In this document: piece after piece, positions 23,833 to 37,163 of the stretch
Numbering within the stretch: the stretch's first letter is position 1
Layout of the letters: each line of letters starts with the position of its first letter
Origin: Proteromonas lacertae
Taxonomy: Eukaryota
Length of the DNA: 64,000 bases
Assembly: GCA_002245135.1 (NCBI GenBank)
Contig: NGBS01000590.1
Coordinates: forward strand, 124,001 to 188,000
Reading direction: 5' to 3'
The notes under the pieces: generated by a model
Told to the model about the DNA's origin: nothing
Database searches by the model: none
The model's input: the letters and a program-made list of their open reading frames with translations, nothing else
Program-made: the position numbers and the translations under genes

Positions 23833-26800
23833 ATGAAATCCTTTTCGAATTCTGAGAGTATAGTTAATATTCATATTATTGATTTTCTAGGTCACAATTA
23901 TACAACAAATTACGAAGGAGATGAAAGAGATGAGAAAGATCAGGCTTTAAAAAGATATTTTCGAATTTTGAAGTATTCATTACCGGAATTACCATCGCTT
24001 GATTTGATTTTGCTATATTACAATTATTCAGCTATTGTTTCTACTAATCCTAGACACTTACCAACAGGAATAGGGTCAACTATAATGAATATATGTAAAT
24101 TTATGTTTTGTAAAATGAAATATGCCAAAAGATCAATATTAAATGATGTTACATTATATTTCGCTTCATCTTCCACAACAATAGTAAATATGAATATTTA
24201 GATTATTATATGTAGGTATTAGGTAGTCCTGGTTGTGGAACTACATCCTTACTAGACGCAATATGTGGTAGAAACAGCAATGGTATAGTAGAAGGAAAGT
24301 GTTTATATGGAAATAAGAATATAAGGAATTACAAATGGAATAGATTATCAATAATCTGTGAACAAAGAGATCATCATAATGCAACATTAACAGTAGAAGA
24401 AACGCTCTCATTTAGCAAGAAATTCGATTTAGGAAATATGTCATTCTATAAACAAACAGAAGCAAATATATTATATAAAGTAACTAAAATAATAATTCTA
24501 ATCAAAATATTGAATAGAAATCAATCAAATATTCCTCTGAAACAATAATGAAAATGATTGGATTATTAAACTGTAAAAACACATTAATTGGAGATAATAG
24601 CCAAAGAGGAATAAGTGGTGGAGAAAAGAGAAGAGTAAGTTTAGGTGAAGTATTACTTGGTCCACAAAGGATTCTAGTATTAGATAAGTTCAGTACTGGT
24701 TTAGATAGCGCAATAACAAATGATATATTGAGAATGTTGAAAGAATGGGCTAGTGTATATATTTATATATATATTTATTTATTTATATTGAAATCATAGA
24801 GAATGAATGGAATTGTAGTTTGTTCAATGTTACAACCAGATGCTGATATGTTGGAGCTATTTGATAATTTGATACTACTAGAAAAGGGTAATGTACTGTA
24901 TTCTGGACCATCAAAATATGCAAATGATTATTTTAATGAAATTGGTTATAAGATACCTCCTGATGAAGATATTGGTAGTTTCTTATGTAAAATGGGTAGT
25001 AGTTCATTTAGAAAATCATTATCACCCAGTGCTAAAGCACATACTGTTGAAGAAATGGCAAAATATTATAAACACTCACAATGTTTTCAAAATGAAAGTA
25101 ATAAAATATCAAAATCATTAAACACTTATCAAGATTTGAATGTTAATAATTATTGTAAAAAAGTATATAATACACAACATCCTATAGATTCATTTACAAT
25201 ATTTATAACATTATTACATCGTCAATTTCAGTTGATTATTAGAGATAAACCATATGTATTGGGAAGAATGATACAGAATCTATTGATTGGATGTATGTTG
25301 GGTTATTTATATTCAGATGTATAGTTATTTATATATCATTTGTTTATTATATAGTTACCAAAATATGATCCAATTCCTACATTCGCGATGTTATTTTTTT
25401 TCCATTTATTCATTGCATTTGGTAATTTTACACAAACTGGAACAATCCAAGCGCAAAAACAAGTTATGATTAAAGAAGTAAGAAAAAGTATTAAAAAAAT
25501 CAAATTAATAATATAATGTAATAGAATCTTATGGTAGTATTCCATATGTATTATCATCTGTAATTGTCTATTATCCATTTATATTGCTTGAAACGCTTTT
25601 ATTAGGAACTCCATTTTATTTCTTATCCAATTTAACACGTAGTGATTCATATTCACATTTTTGGATATTTATTGCATCAGGATTTCTCATGGGATTAGCT
25701 ACTCTCTCTTTAATTAGATTAATAGTGTTTATATTTGAAAATGAATATGTTTCAATTGGTGTAATACCATTAGTGATATTTGTAATGGCTAATTTGGCTG
25801 GCTTTACTATTAGTTATGAAAGAGTGCCTTGGATATTGAGATGGATGTATAATTCTAATTGTTTATTATTTTTTAATAGATATTATATTAATCCTTATAA
25901 TTATGGTTTAAGAATATTAACAACCAATGAATTCTTGTCATCTGATAGGAATATTATTGGAAGATTATATTTAGCAATAATGGATTTACCAACAAGTACA
26001 GATGATATGTATTTGTGGTTTATTGCATTGGTTGTTATGCATGTTATATGTATATGTATATTTATATTTATATAGATGTATTATTGAATATTGTTGTTAT
26101 TTCAATGAAATCTTATCACACACCCATTTCAGTATAAAACAGTCTTTTTTTTCCTTCTATTCTAATAATATTAAATAGTATGTAGTTGATGATGAAAATA
26201 TCAAATTACTCTCAGAGAATGAATTAAAAAGAAATATAGAAATGATTCATGAAAGTCGAAACTCTTTATTATGTGTTGAACAAATCACTCTTAGTTTTAG
26301 AAACCTTTCTTATTATGTAAAAATAAAGAATCCAATCACTCATAAACAACATGAAAAGATATTATTGAATCATATTTCAGGTTTTATTCGTCCAAATACA
26401 CTTACAGCGTTGATGGGTCCAAGTGGTGCTGGTAAAACAACATTATTAGATGTATTAGCCAACAGAAAAACAAGTGGAAAGATTACTGGAAAAATCTTAT
26501 TTGATGGACAAGAATTAGATAAGTCTTCACTAACGCATTACTTAGGATATGTTGAACAAGAAGATAGATTACCAGAAAAAGAGACTGTTTATGAAGCATT
26601 GAAATTTAGTGCGCAAACAAGATTACCTTGTGGTACAACAGATCTAGTAATAGAAAATGTAATAAAAGATACTTTAATGCTGTTGGAATTAGAATCATAT
26701 GCTGATTTAATGATTGGTACTTATGATGATGGTTTATCAATGGGAATAAGAAAATTAGTAATGACAGGAATAGAATTAGTAGCAAATCCACCAATTCTGT

Positions 26801-27158
26801 TTCTGGATGAACCAACTACTGGTTTAGATACAAACAGTGCATTTCTGGTAGTCCAAGGGTTAGAAAAGATAGCAGCAACAGGCAGAAGTGTGATTTGTAC
26901 AATCCATCAACCATCATATCAAATATTTAAGATGTTTACTGATATATTATTATTAGAAAGAGGTGGGAATATTGTCTATTTAGGTCCAAATGGAGATAAT
27001 TCCAATAAATTAATTGAATATTTCTCAAGAAATCCAAAAGTGAATAAATTAAAATCAAATGAAAATCCAGCTAGTTGGATGTTGGAAGAAATAGGTGGAG
27101 GAATAGAAAAAAGAAATAAATCATTCTCATTGTATTATAAGAATAGTATACTGATGAA

Positions 27159-27194
<36 letters not shown>

Positions 27195-28219
27195 TGTTTA
27201 ATATTTTATATATTATAGTGATAATATGAATACTTTAAACAAAATAGAGAGTATGGAAAGTATTCATAAACTTCCAAAGTTGTCAAGATATATGAAATCA
27301 TACTTAGATCAATGTTGGTTGTGTATTAAAAGAATAAGTCGTTATTATTGGAGATCTCCATCGATGGTTTTGTCTCGTTTATTTATTAGTTTATTGATTG
27401 GTTTGTCAATGGGTTTGATGTATTTGAAAGTATTTCTCATATGTTTATTTATCCTAAAATAGCCTGATCATATAGATATTGGAAGTATTCAATCAATAAT
27501 GTCAAGTTTATTTATAAGTGGATTGTTTATTGCTATTTTCTCCTGTTCTTCTTCACTACCTGGTATGTTTAGTGAAAGATATGTAATTTATTCACATATT
27601 GATATGAATTATGTAAGATCTTCAGCTTATTTAATATCATATTCTTTGTTGGAAATACCATTGTGTTTATTATCAGCGTATTTTATATCATTTCTTATAT
27701 TTATTAAATAGAATATTAAGTACTTGTTGTATCTATCCATTATCAGGTTTCAAATATGAATATGATGAATTGTTCTATTATATTTTGTCATTTACATGTG
27801 TTGTATTATTTTCAACATATTTAGGTCAGTTTCTATCATTCATTACACCATCTTTACAAGTAGCTTTATTGGCAGGAATAGCTATTTTAGCATTAATGGC
27901 GGTATTATCTGGATATTCATTGCCTTATGATCATTTACATGCAATATTCAAATATTTATATTGGATTAATCCTGTTCAATACTATTTCACTGGTGTAGCT
28001 GGTTCTCAACTCTATTGTACAAAGAATGTAACAGAATGTTCATTAGTATTTGATATATCAACACTCAGATTCATATCAATAAATGATTATATTTATGATA
28101 TAAAAGGAATAGATTATTCAATTAGATGGTACAATATAATAGGAATTGTTTGTTGTTGTATATTTTGGAGATTTCCATTTCTTCTTTCTTTATCAAAAGT
28201 AAGATATCAAACTAAATAG
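23833..28219 (+). CDS. Second full-size PDR-type ABCG transporter, intron-rich
   Basis: GSPGCGTTS, ISGGEKRRV, VLDKFSTGLDS; GPSGAGKTT, FLDEPTTGLD; roughly a dozen short introns; clear paralogue of 8094-12044. Confidence 0.9.
27160..27190. repeat. (TA)n microsatellite at an intron 5' end; similar tracts at ~36155-36181, ~19038-19055 and ~63459-63478
   Basis: Seen directly in the sequence. Confidence 0.85.
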
Positions 28220-28283
28220 AATATTTATTCATATATTTTATGATTTGTTTGTGTTTTATAGAAAAATGATAATACAATTATTA

Positions 28284-29770
28284 TTATATTAATTTCTTTT
28301 GAATAAATCTGAATAATGATTCATTCATTCTCTTGTTATTTTGTTTCTTATCTCCATATTCAAGAATCCAGTTATACAATTTATTCACTGTTAATTTTGA
28401 AATATCATATTTCATAAACTCATCTAATGATGGTTCAATTTTAGGATCATGGAATGGATAATATTCCATTTTGATTCTGTTATTATTAGCTGCACTACAA
28501 GCCATCCATTGAATCAAACATTTTAATTCATGATTTCCATGATAAACTCCACATCCCCAATTACCTGTACTTAATACATTCTTATTTGATAATTTTTCAT
28601 CTATTAAGAAACCTATATAAGCTTTATTCAGTTCTCTATCAACACATTTTTTACTAAATTCATATAATCTTTTATCAATTATTAAATAACCATTATATGT
28701 AAAATGTAAAGCATCAAAGATAGTATACTAGAATAAAATAATAATTATAAACATATATACATCATTCTGTAGTATTCCATCTACAACAGGTGCTTCATCT
28801 TTAATAATACCATTCAATACAGCTTTTTCTGCATAACCATCATATTTATTAAACTCTTCAAATCCTTGAATATAAACAGCTTCATTATCTTTCATTATTT
28901 CACATAATAACACTGCCAATAATGTTTCAGGTGATCTCATCTCTAATATCTCTTCCTGAACAAATCCAAAAGATAATACTCCACCTCCTACTCTTCTATT
29001 AGCAAATATAGAATGAATTGTTTCATTTCTGTCAGTCAAACTTCCATCTTTATTTATACAAAAATCACAAAGTTTCAAATCAATTTTAGACCAATCTATT
29101 GGACTTGGTAATACTTTACGTATTATTCTGATGTATTTAGCTTCTTTATTATGAAGTTCATCATTCTGCATACACTTAAAATATTGAAACATTCCAGCTA
29201 TTTTGTGAGGTATTATATTCTTTCTTTTTACATAATTCTTACCAAAGAAATAGAATTTGAATGATGAAAAATTTTCTGGACATGAAGTAAAAGTACCAAG
29301 CAGCAAATGAGAGAGTAAACATTCAACTAACTCACGATTAATCTCAATTTCACAATTCTATAATATTAATAAATAATTACATAAAATACACATTGTGATT
29401 CTAAGTAAGGAATTGGTTCTCCTATATAATCTACTAGTTTCTTTGATGCTTCAAGAATATGCTATAACCATAATAATATCATAAGGTTATAACATACATT
29501 AAATACTCCATCGTCTTTTAGATATTCATTACATTTTAAAATACCTGTTTCATCTTCTTTAAATATTAACTGAATGGCTTCAGCTATTTGTGGTTGTTTC
29601 ATTTCCACAAACATATTACTTATTCTAGAAGGTGTATATGGTGGTGTTGGTAGCTGAGTAAGGAAATGTTCCCATTTCTTCTCTACAATAGAATATTTAC
29701 CATCTTTTAAAAAAACAAATGGTAATTTAACATAGTTTTTTGGGCTGGTTTTGGAAATGTACTTAAACAT
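28284..29770 (-). CDS. PARG: Poly(ADP-ribose) glycohydrolase (canonical macrodomain PARG)
   Basis: FANRRVGGGVLSFGFVQEEI (GGG-x6-8-QEE signature), YDGYA, RELNKAY, STGNWGCGVY, KCLIQWMA. Confidence 0.9.
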
Positions 29771-29919
29771 GATGATTTAATGAAAGAATTATTTTTTTCT
29801 GTTTTAACAAAAATGTTAACAAATCAGATAATTTATTGTTCTTAGTGCATTATTATATTACGAGAAACAAATAAAGAGAATAATATTTGAAAATAGAAGA
29901 AAAATAACAATAAACTGAT

Positions 29920-31688
29920 TTAATTCAACTCATTAGTATAAATTATAGGAACTGCATCATCAGGAGGAGGTGAACTAACTACAGCTGGAAGTGGAGCTAC
30001 TGGTGGTGGTTGTATCCTATTCATAAAATAAACAAATAATAAATATACATTTGATTATTATTAATATCAATAGTAGGAGGTGGTGGAACATATTTTACTT
30101 CTTTCACATTATGATACTTTTCTCTCAATTCATCATTATTAATACTTGATATAAATCCATCAGCTTGAATTATTCTTTTTACTCCACTTTTCTTTGTTTT
30201 AGTTAAATCTACTGTAGGTAGTGTTACTGCAGGTGTTATTCCTAAAGGAGGTGCATTGAATACTTGTGCTGCTGTTAATGTAGATTGTTGTTGTTGTTGT
30301 GATGATGATGATGTTATATCGTATATTGGCATATTGATTGGAGTTGGATAAAGATTCTGTTGTTGTTGTTGTTGATGATGATATGATGGTATAGATGGAG
30401 GAATAATACCATTATTATTATTATTATTATTACTATTGCTATTAGGATTACACACTAATACTGGTTCTTTAAGATGTGATTTTAATGATGGAGAAGATGA
30501 TATTCCTTTATTGAGTGAATGAGGAGGTGATGATGATGGTAATGATGGTTGTTGTTGTTGTTGTTGTTGTTCCTGTGGTGGTGGTATTGATAATGGGGTT
30601 TGATTGTTTAAAAATGATGGTGAAAATGTTTGATTACTGTTTGATATTGTATTTGGATATGTATTGGATTGTACTACTTGTGGTGGTATTTCTGATGAAT
30701 AATAATAGTTATTATTATTGTTATTATTAGATGATGAGGAAGACAGTGTATTAGGTGTATTGCTTGTATTTGTATTAGTAATTGGTTTGTTTAATTGTGA
30801 AACTAATATCTTTGGTGGTTGAGGAATTTGTTTCTTAGTAAATTGTGGTTTCAACTGATTATTCACTATGGGAGCACTTAATTGTGATCTTAATTGAGGA
30901 ATACTACTTCCTGTATTAGGAGATACTTCAGATTGTTGTTGTTGTTGAACAAGTGGAGGTGGCTGTTGTTGCTGTTGAATATATGGTGGTGGAGGTTGCT
31001 GTTGTTGTTGATATTGTTGTTGATTTGAATCTTCATTCTGTATTGGTGGTGCTACATACATATTTGTTACTACATAGGGCGATTTTATATTTTGTGTATA
31101 TACTGGTGTTATTGGTGGAGGACCTACTGGCTGTGGTTGTGATTGTTGTTGATTATTTGAATTTGGAGAATTATCAGTGGTGTTGTTATGTTTAAACATG
31201 TTACTTAGTAAGAACTGACGTAATGCGATATCTGTACAGAAATCATAGGGTGTTTTCCCTTGATTATTGACTAATGAAGCATCTGCTCCGTTTTCTATTG
31301 ATTACAGGATGTTAATATATTTATACGTATTAAATATTCCACCATAGCTTTTTTATTTTGATTTGCTGCATAATGCAGAGCTGTATTTCCATTATTTCCT
31401 CTACAATGTATATCCATACCCAGCCTTAACAAAACTTCGACTATATTTATTCTGCCATGATAAGCAGCTGTATGCAGTAAATTATTGCCGTACATTTGAA
31501 AATTTGTAACATCAAAACCTCTACTTCGTATTGAAGTGAATAATGCCATATCTCCATTCACAACTGCATCCTAAATCAATATAAACAACTATTCAATATA
31601 ACTGTTATACTTGTATAAGCTCTTCATCGGTTTTTTGCTTTGGAGCAAGAATATTGCCAATGGAATTATCATAAACCCACTTAAACAT
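29920..31688 (-). CDS. Ankyrin-repeat protein with long Pro/Gln/Asn-rich low-complexity tail
   Basis: GNNLLHTAAYHGRINIVEVLL, GNTALHYAA, GKTPYD; three introns splice in frame to TAA at 29920-29922. Confidence 0.8.
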
Positions 31689-31782
31689 ATTGAAACTATT
31701 CTGATGCTGGGAATGAAAATCAGAATGAAAATTGAGATTAATACATATGTATTATCTTAATACACTGTATTACATTATAAAC

Positions 31783-32816
<1,034 letters not shown>

Positions 32817-32928
32817 GTTTTATTTAATTTGTTTGTAATAATTTTTTCTTTTTACAGAGATAAATAAAATTTTACATTTCTATTTTGATCAAACATTCAT
32901 CAAACAATTCTGTTTTTATTTTGAAAAA

Positions 32929-35900
32929 ATGCCAAGATGCAGTTCATGCCAGATTGATCTTCCTCCTTATGAGTTTGATGATAGTGAATTAGCAAAAACA
33001 AATGATAGAATATGTAAAGTCTGTTATAAGCAACAAAGACATTATCCAAGAAATCCAATTCCTGAAGCATGGAACCAGTATAAAAAATCACCAAATCTAA
33101 GACAATCACCAACTACAAGAAAATATCCTCCATATCCATCTCCAGATTCCATTAATCCTTCTCGAGATTATTATCAACCACATCCACCATCTGAATTACC
33201 TTCTCCACCTTCAAACTATCCACCACCACCAGATGCTTCTCCATTACCACAATCAATAAAAAGAGGTTACGACAGAGAACCATATATACCACCTCCTCAA
33301 GAATATGCTCCACCTCCAAAATATTCACCAGCACCTCCTCCAAATGAATCTTATGATAGATATTACGAAAGATATAGAGATCATGATAGAATAGAAAATT
33401 CATCTCCATATTATGATGTTAAATACGCTAAAGAAATGATTCCACCATTATATTACGATATACCTCCACAACCAGCATATCCACTACCAAAACGTCATCA
33501 CCGCCATCACCATCATCATCATCGACATGCCAATGATGATTATCCACCAGGTATTCCACCTCCAGTACCTCTACCTGGTTATGATTATCGATATGATCAA
33601 AGATCAGCATATCCAGAAGATATGTACATGAGAGTAGAAGATCCATCTCATAGATATCCTCCAGATAATGGATATGCACCACCTCCGCCTCCTTCACCAC
33701 CACCTCCTCCACCTCCATCTCATTCATTACCTCCACCACCTTCATCACCTCCTCGACATCATCACCATTCATCATCACCATCATCTAAATATTATCCAAT
33801 GGATAAATCATATCATTCATCTCAATCATCAAGATATCCATCAGGAAGATATGAGCAATCACCATTACCATTATATTCATCATCTAATTATCCACCACCG
33901 TCAGTACCAATGTCTAGATATGGTGATAGCAGTAATAAATATGTAGATAGTAGACATCGAGATAAAAAATCCAGGTCTAGATCCAGATCAACATCTAAAA
34001 GACATAATAATAAAAATAGTCGTTATAATAGTAGTAAAGATAAGAGGAAACATTCTCGTTCTAAATCTTCCTCATCATCGTCTAGTCATTCCAGACGTTC
34101 ATCATCTACTTCATCCTCCTCATCTTCTCGATCTTCCTATTCTTCTAAATCTTCTTCTTCTCGTTCTTCTTCTACATCAACTCATTCTTCAAGTAGAAAT
34201 AGTAGAAAGAATATTAGGAATAGAAAAGGATATGAAAATACTAAACCAAGAGTGAAGAATAAGTTTTATTTTTTAGAAATCTATAAACATAGTATATAAT
34301 AATAATAATAATAATAATAAATACATAAATATATAGAAAATGATGATCCAGAAAGACCTGATTCATTTTCATTAGGAAAATTATTTAAAGTTGAATGTAA
34401 TCAATTTATTGTATATATATTTATTATTATTAATTATTAGTTGGATGTTAGTCATATCATTCCATCAGTTCAACACTATGTAATCAATGTAGAATGTCAG
34501 AAAACAAAGGCAAGAAGAGTATCTGAGAAGTTAAGATATAGTATTTATGACAACATTGTAGAATATATTCGTACATTATATAAAGGGAAAGATGAACCAC
34601 CTGATTTAATATTTGATGGTGTTAGGAATGTTTATACAAAAAAATTATTGCCACTACCAGAAAATATATATGAAACTGATGTATAAATATATTAATTATT
34701 ATACTTCTTTAGATGAAAGTTGATATTGACAAATTGACTAGATTATTCCATGTAAAAATGACTTTATATGCTAAAGATATAGATATGACTGTATTAAAGA
34801 ACAATCCAAAACAAACTGGTGAATTTCCAATCTTTCAATATTCAATACTTGATTCAATATTCTTACATTATAATAGTAAAATGTATATGAGAATTGGAGC
34901 TAAATATTTTGATCCAAGTGATCGATTAAAATTAATTAATAATACTGAAGTTTATAGAGGATTTTCACAAGTAACGCATTTAATTCAAAATGGGAATTCG
35001 GTGAATATAGATAATACTTCGGGTATATTTATTGAAAATATACCCGTTTCAAAATTTATTGAAAGAGTATTGAATGGATATGGTAGAACATTTGATTTGA
35101 AAAGATATGAAGATAAAGAAGGCAATTGTTGTTTAGATTTGAAACAAATTAGACAGCTTAAAGGAGAATTATTATCTTATAAAGTAATCTGTCAAACATC
35201 AAGGATTTAATCGTGAATATAAAATCAATGACATATCTCAATATTCTGCTTGTGAAACGAAGTTTAAAGATAATAAAGGTAATAGCATATATATAATAGA
35301 TTATTTCTTATCTCAATATAATATCAAATTGAAGTATCCTTCACTTCCTTGTTTGATTGTAGGAAATAATAAAGTAGCAATGCCAATGGAATTATGTTTG
35401 ATTAAAGATAGACAAAAGAGGAGAAAGAAAATTTCTGATGCTTTACAAGTTGAAATGGTTCAGAAGACTTCAATTAAACCAAGTGAAAGAAGGAAAGTAA
35501 TAATGAATATATTAAAAGCAAATGAAAAAATGTATTCGAATATTGAAAAGGAGACTGGAATTCATTTAATAAACAAATTTACTGAATGTAATGCGAGAAA
35601 GTTGGATGAACCATTTATTAGATATGCAAATAAAGATTTAGAACCGAATAATGGAGGATGGAATCAAAAAGGAATTGAATTATTAAAACCAGTAAAAATT
35701 GTATAATTATTTATTATTTTCATTTTTAATTTATAGAGAAATTGGGCTGTAATTAATTATGATTATCAATTTGATTGTAAATATTATTTAGATTCATTTA
35801 TTAATGCTGGATTGGATATGGGAATTGATATAACATCTGATTTACCAAAAATATATAAATGTGATATAAGATATATTGATAGTGTTAAAGATAAATTTAA

Positions 35901-36154
35901 AGAGATATTAAGTAATGATCATCATTGTCAACTTGTTGTTGTGTATATTCCTACTAGACAGACGGATGTATATGGATATATAAAAAAAGCAAGTGACTAT
36001 TATTCATCTATACCATCTCAAGTAATGGTGACGAAGAATTTGATAAAAGGTGGAGTGATTTATTTGTCTAATGTTTGGTTGAAGATTAATGCGAAATTAG
36101 GAGGAATAAATTTCACTTCTATTCCACCAGAAGTTAAATTTAAAAATCCATTAG

Positions 36155-36186
<32 letters not shown>

Positions 36187-36979
36187 TAAATTAATATAGA
36201 AGGAAACAGCAACTTGTTTAATGGGAGGAAGTATTTTATATCCTTCACTTGGAGTAAACTGTAAATCAATCGCTTCTGTTGTATGTTCAACAGATTTAGA
36301 AGGTTTAAGAGTAGCTAGTGAATGGAGATGTCAAGATTATAAGTCTGATATTATTCAAGATCTCGATGTGATGTGTTTAAAAATGTTGAAGAATTTTATA
36401 GAGAAAACTGGAGTTATTCCAAAGAGAGTTATCTTTTATAGAAATATTACAAGTGTTTGCCAAAAGCCATTAATCCATGAGGAAGAAATACCAATGGTTT
36501 TACAAGCTATCGATAAAGTATTTAAAAAAGAAAAAGTGAAATTAACTTTCTTATTGGTTTGTAAAAGACATCATGTTAGATTCTTTTGTGATGATAATAA
36601 ATTTACTGATTATAAAGGAAATATAAAAAGTGGAGCTGTGATAGATAATAGTGTATGTAGTAATAGTGGATATGATTGGTATTGTTATTCTCATAGCGGT
36701 TTACAAGGAACGAGTAAACCAACGTTATATGATGTTTTATACGATGAAGTGAAGTGGGATCCAAACGATTTATATTTAACAACCTATTGGCAATGTTTTA
36801 CATTTATTCGAAGTACGAAAGCAGTATCAATTCCTCCAATGGCTTATTATGCCTATTTGACTTCTTTTAGAGCAAGATATTTAACGAAGAGAAATGATGT
36901 GAATGATAATATGGGATATGATACTGATGAAAGAGTAATACTTAATCCTAGAATGTACAACGTAATGTATTACATTTAA
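32929..36979 (+). CDS. Argonaute (AGO clade) paralogue A: N-terminal C4 zinc finger, ~400-aa Pro/Tyr/His/RS-rich extension, slicer-dead PIWI; +1 frameshift at ~35193
   Basis: Five introns splice in frame. PAZ (LKYPSLPCL, MPMELC), MID (YGYIKK, PSQV, LKINAKLGG) and PIWI (KRHHVRFF, GTSKP, VSIPPMAYYA, MYYI) are present; tetrad positions read S/D/N/Y. Confidence 0.9.
36701..36852 (+). repeat. 152-bp tract identical to 40029-40180 (shared between the two Argonaute PIWI exons)
   Basis: Base-by-base comparison from ttacaaggaacgagt to ggcttattatgc shows no mismatch. Confidence 0.92.
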
Positions 36980-37126
36980 CAAATGAAATTGAATTTTCAA
37001 GTAAATAATAACATATTTCAGTTTTTAGAAATTTGTATTTGATCATGTAATTTTCAGTGTAATTGACTTTCTCGAACATTATATTTGTGACATTCTCTAC
37101 AGATAATGTCTTTTGACATTTTGTGT

Positions 37127-37138
37127 AAAAAGCTTGAC
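37127..37138 (+). promoter_or_regulatory. Candidate promoter element AAAAGCTTGAC upstream of Argonaute B
   Basis: The same or a near-identical motif occurs at 3587-3596, 5022-5030, 6838-6849, 47933-47946 and 62730-62741, each a short distance upstream of a start codon. Confidence 0.55.
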
Positions 37139-37163
37139 AGTAGTTTGAATATTTGTTTTATAA

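Noticed and set aside
30020..31200. CAA/AAT/TCA triplet runs here and in Ago A, Dicer and the giant gene's N-terminus
   Set aside because: Ordinary coding low-complexity sequence; no repeat-spacer structure, so not a CRISPR array or satellite.
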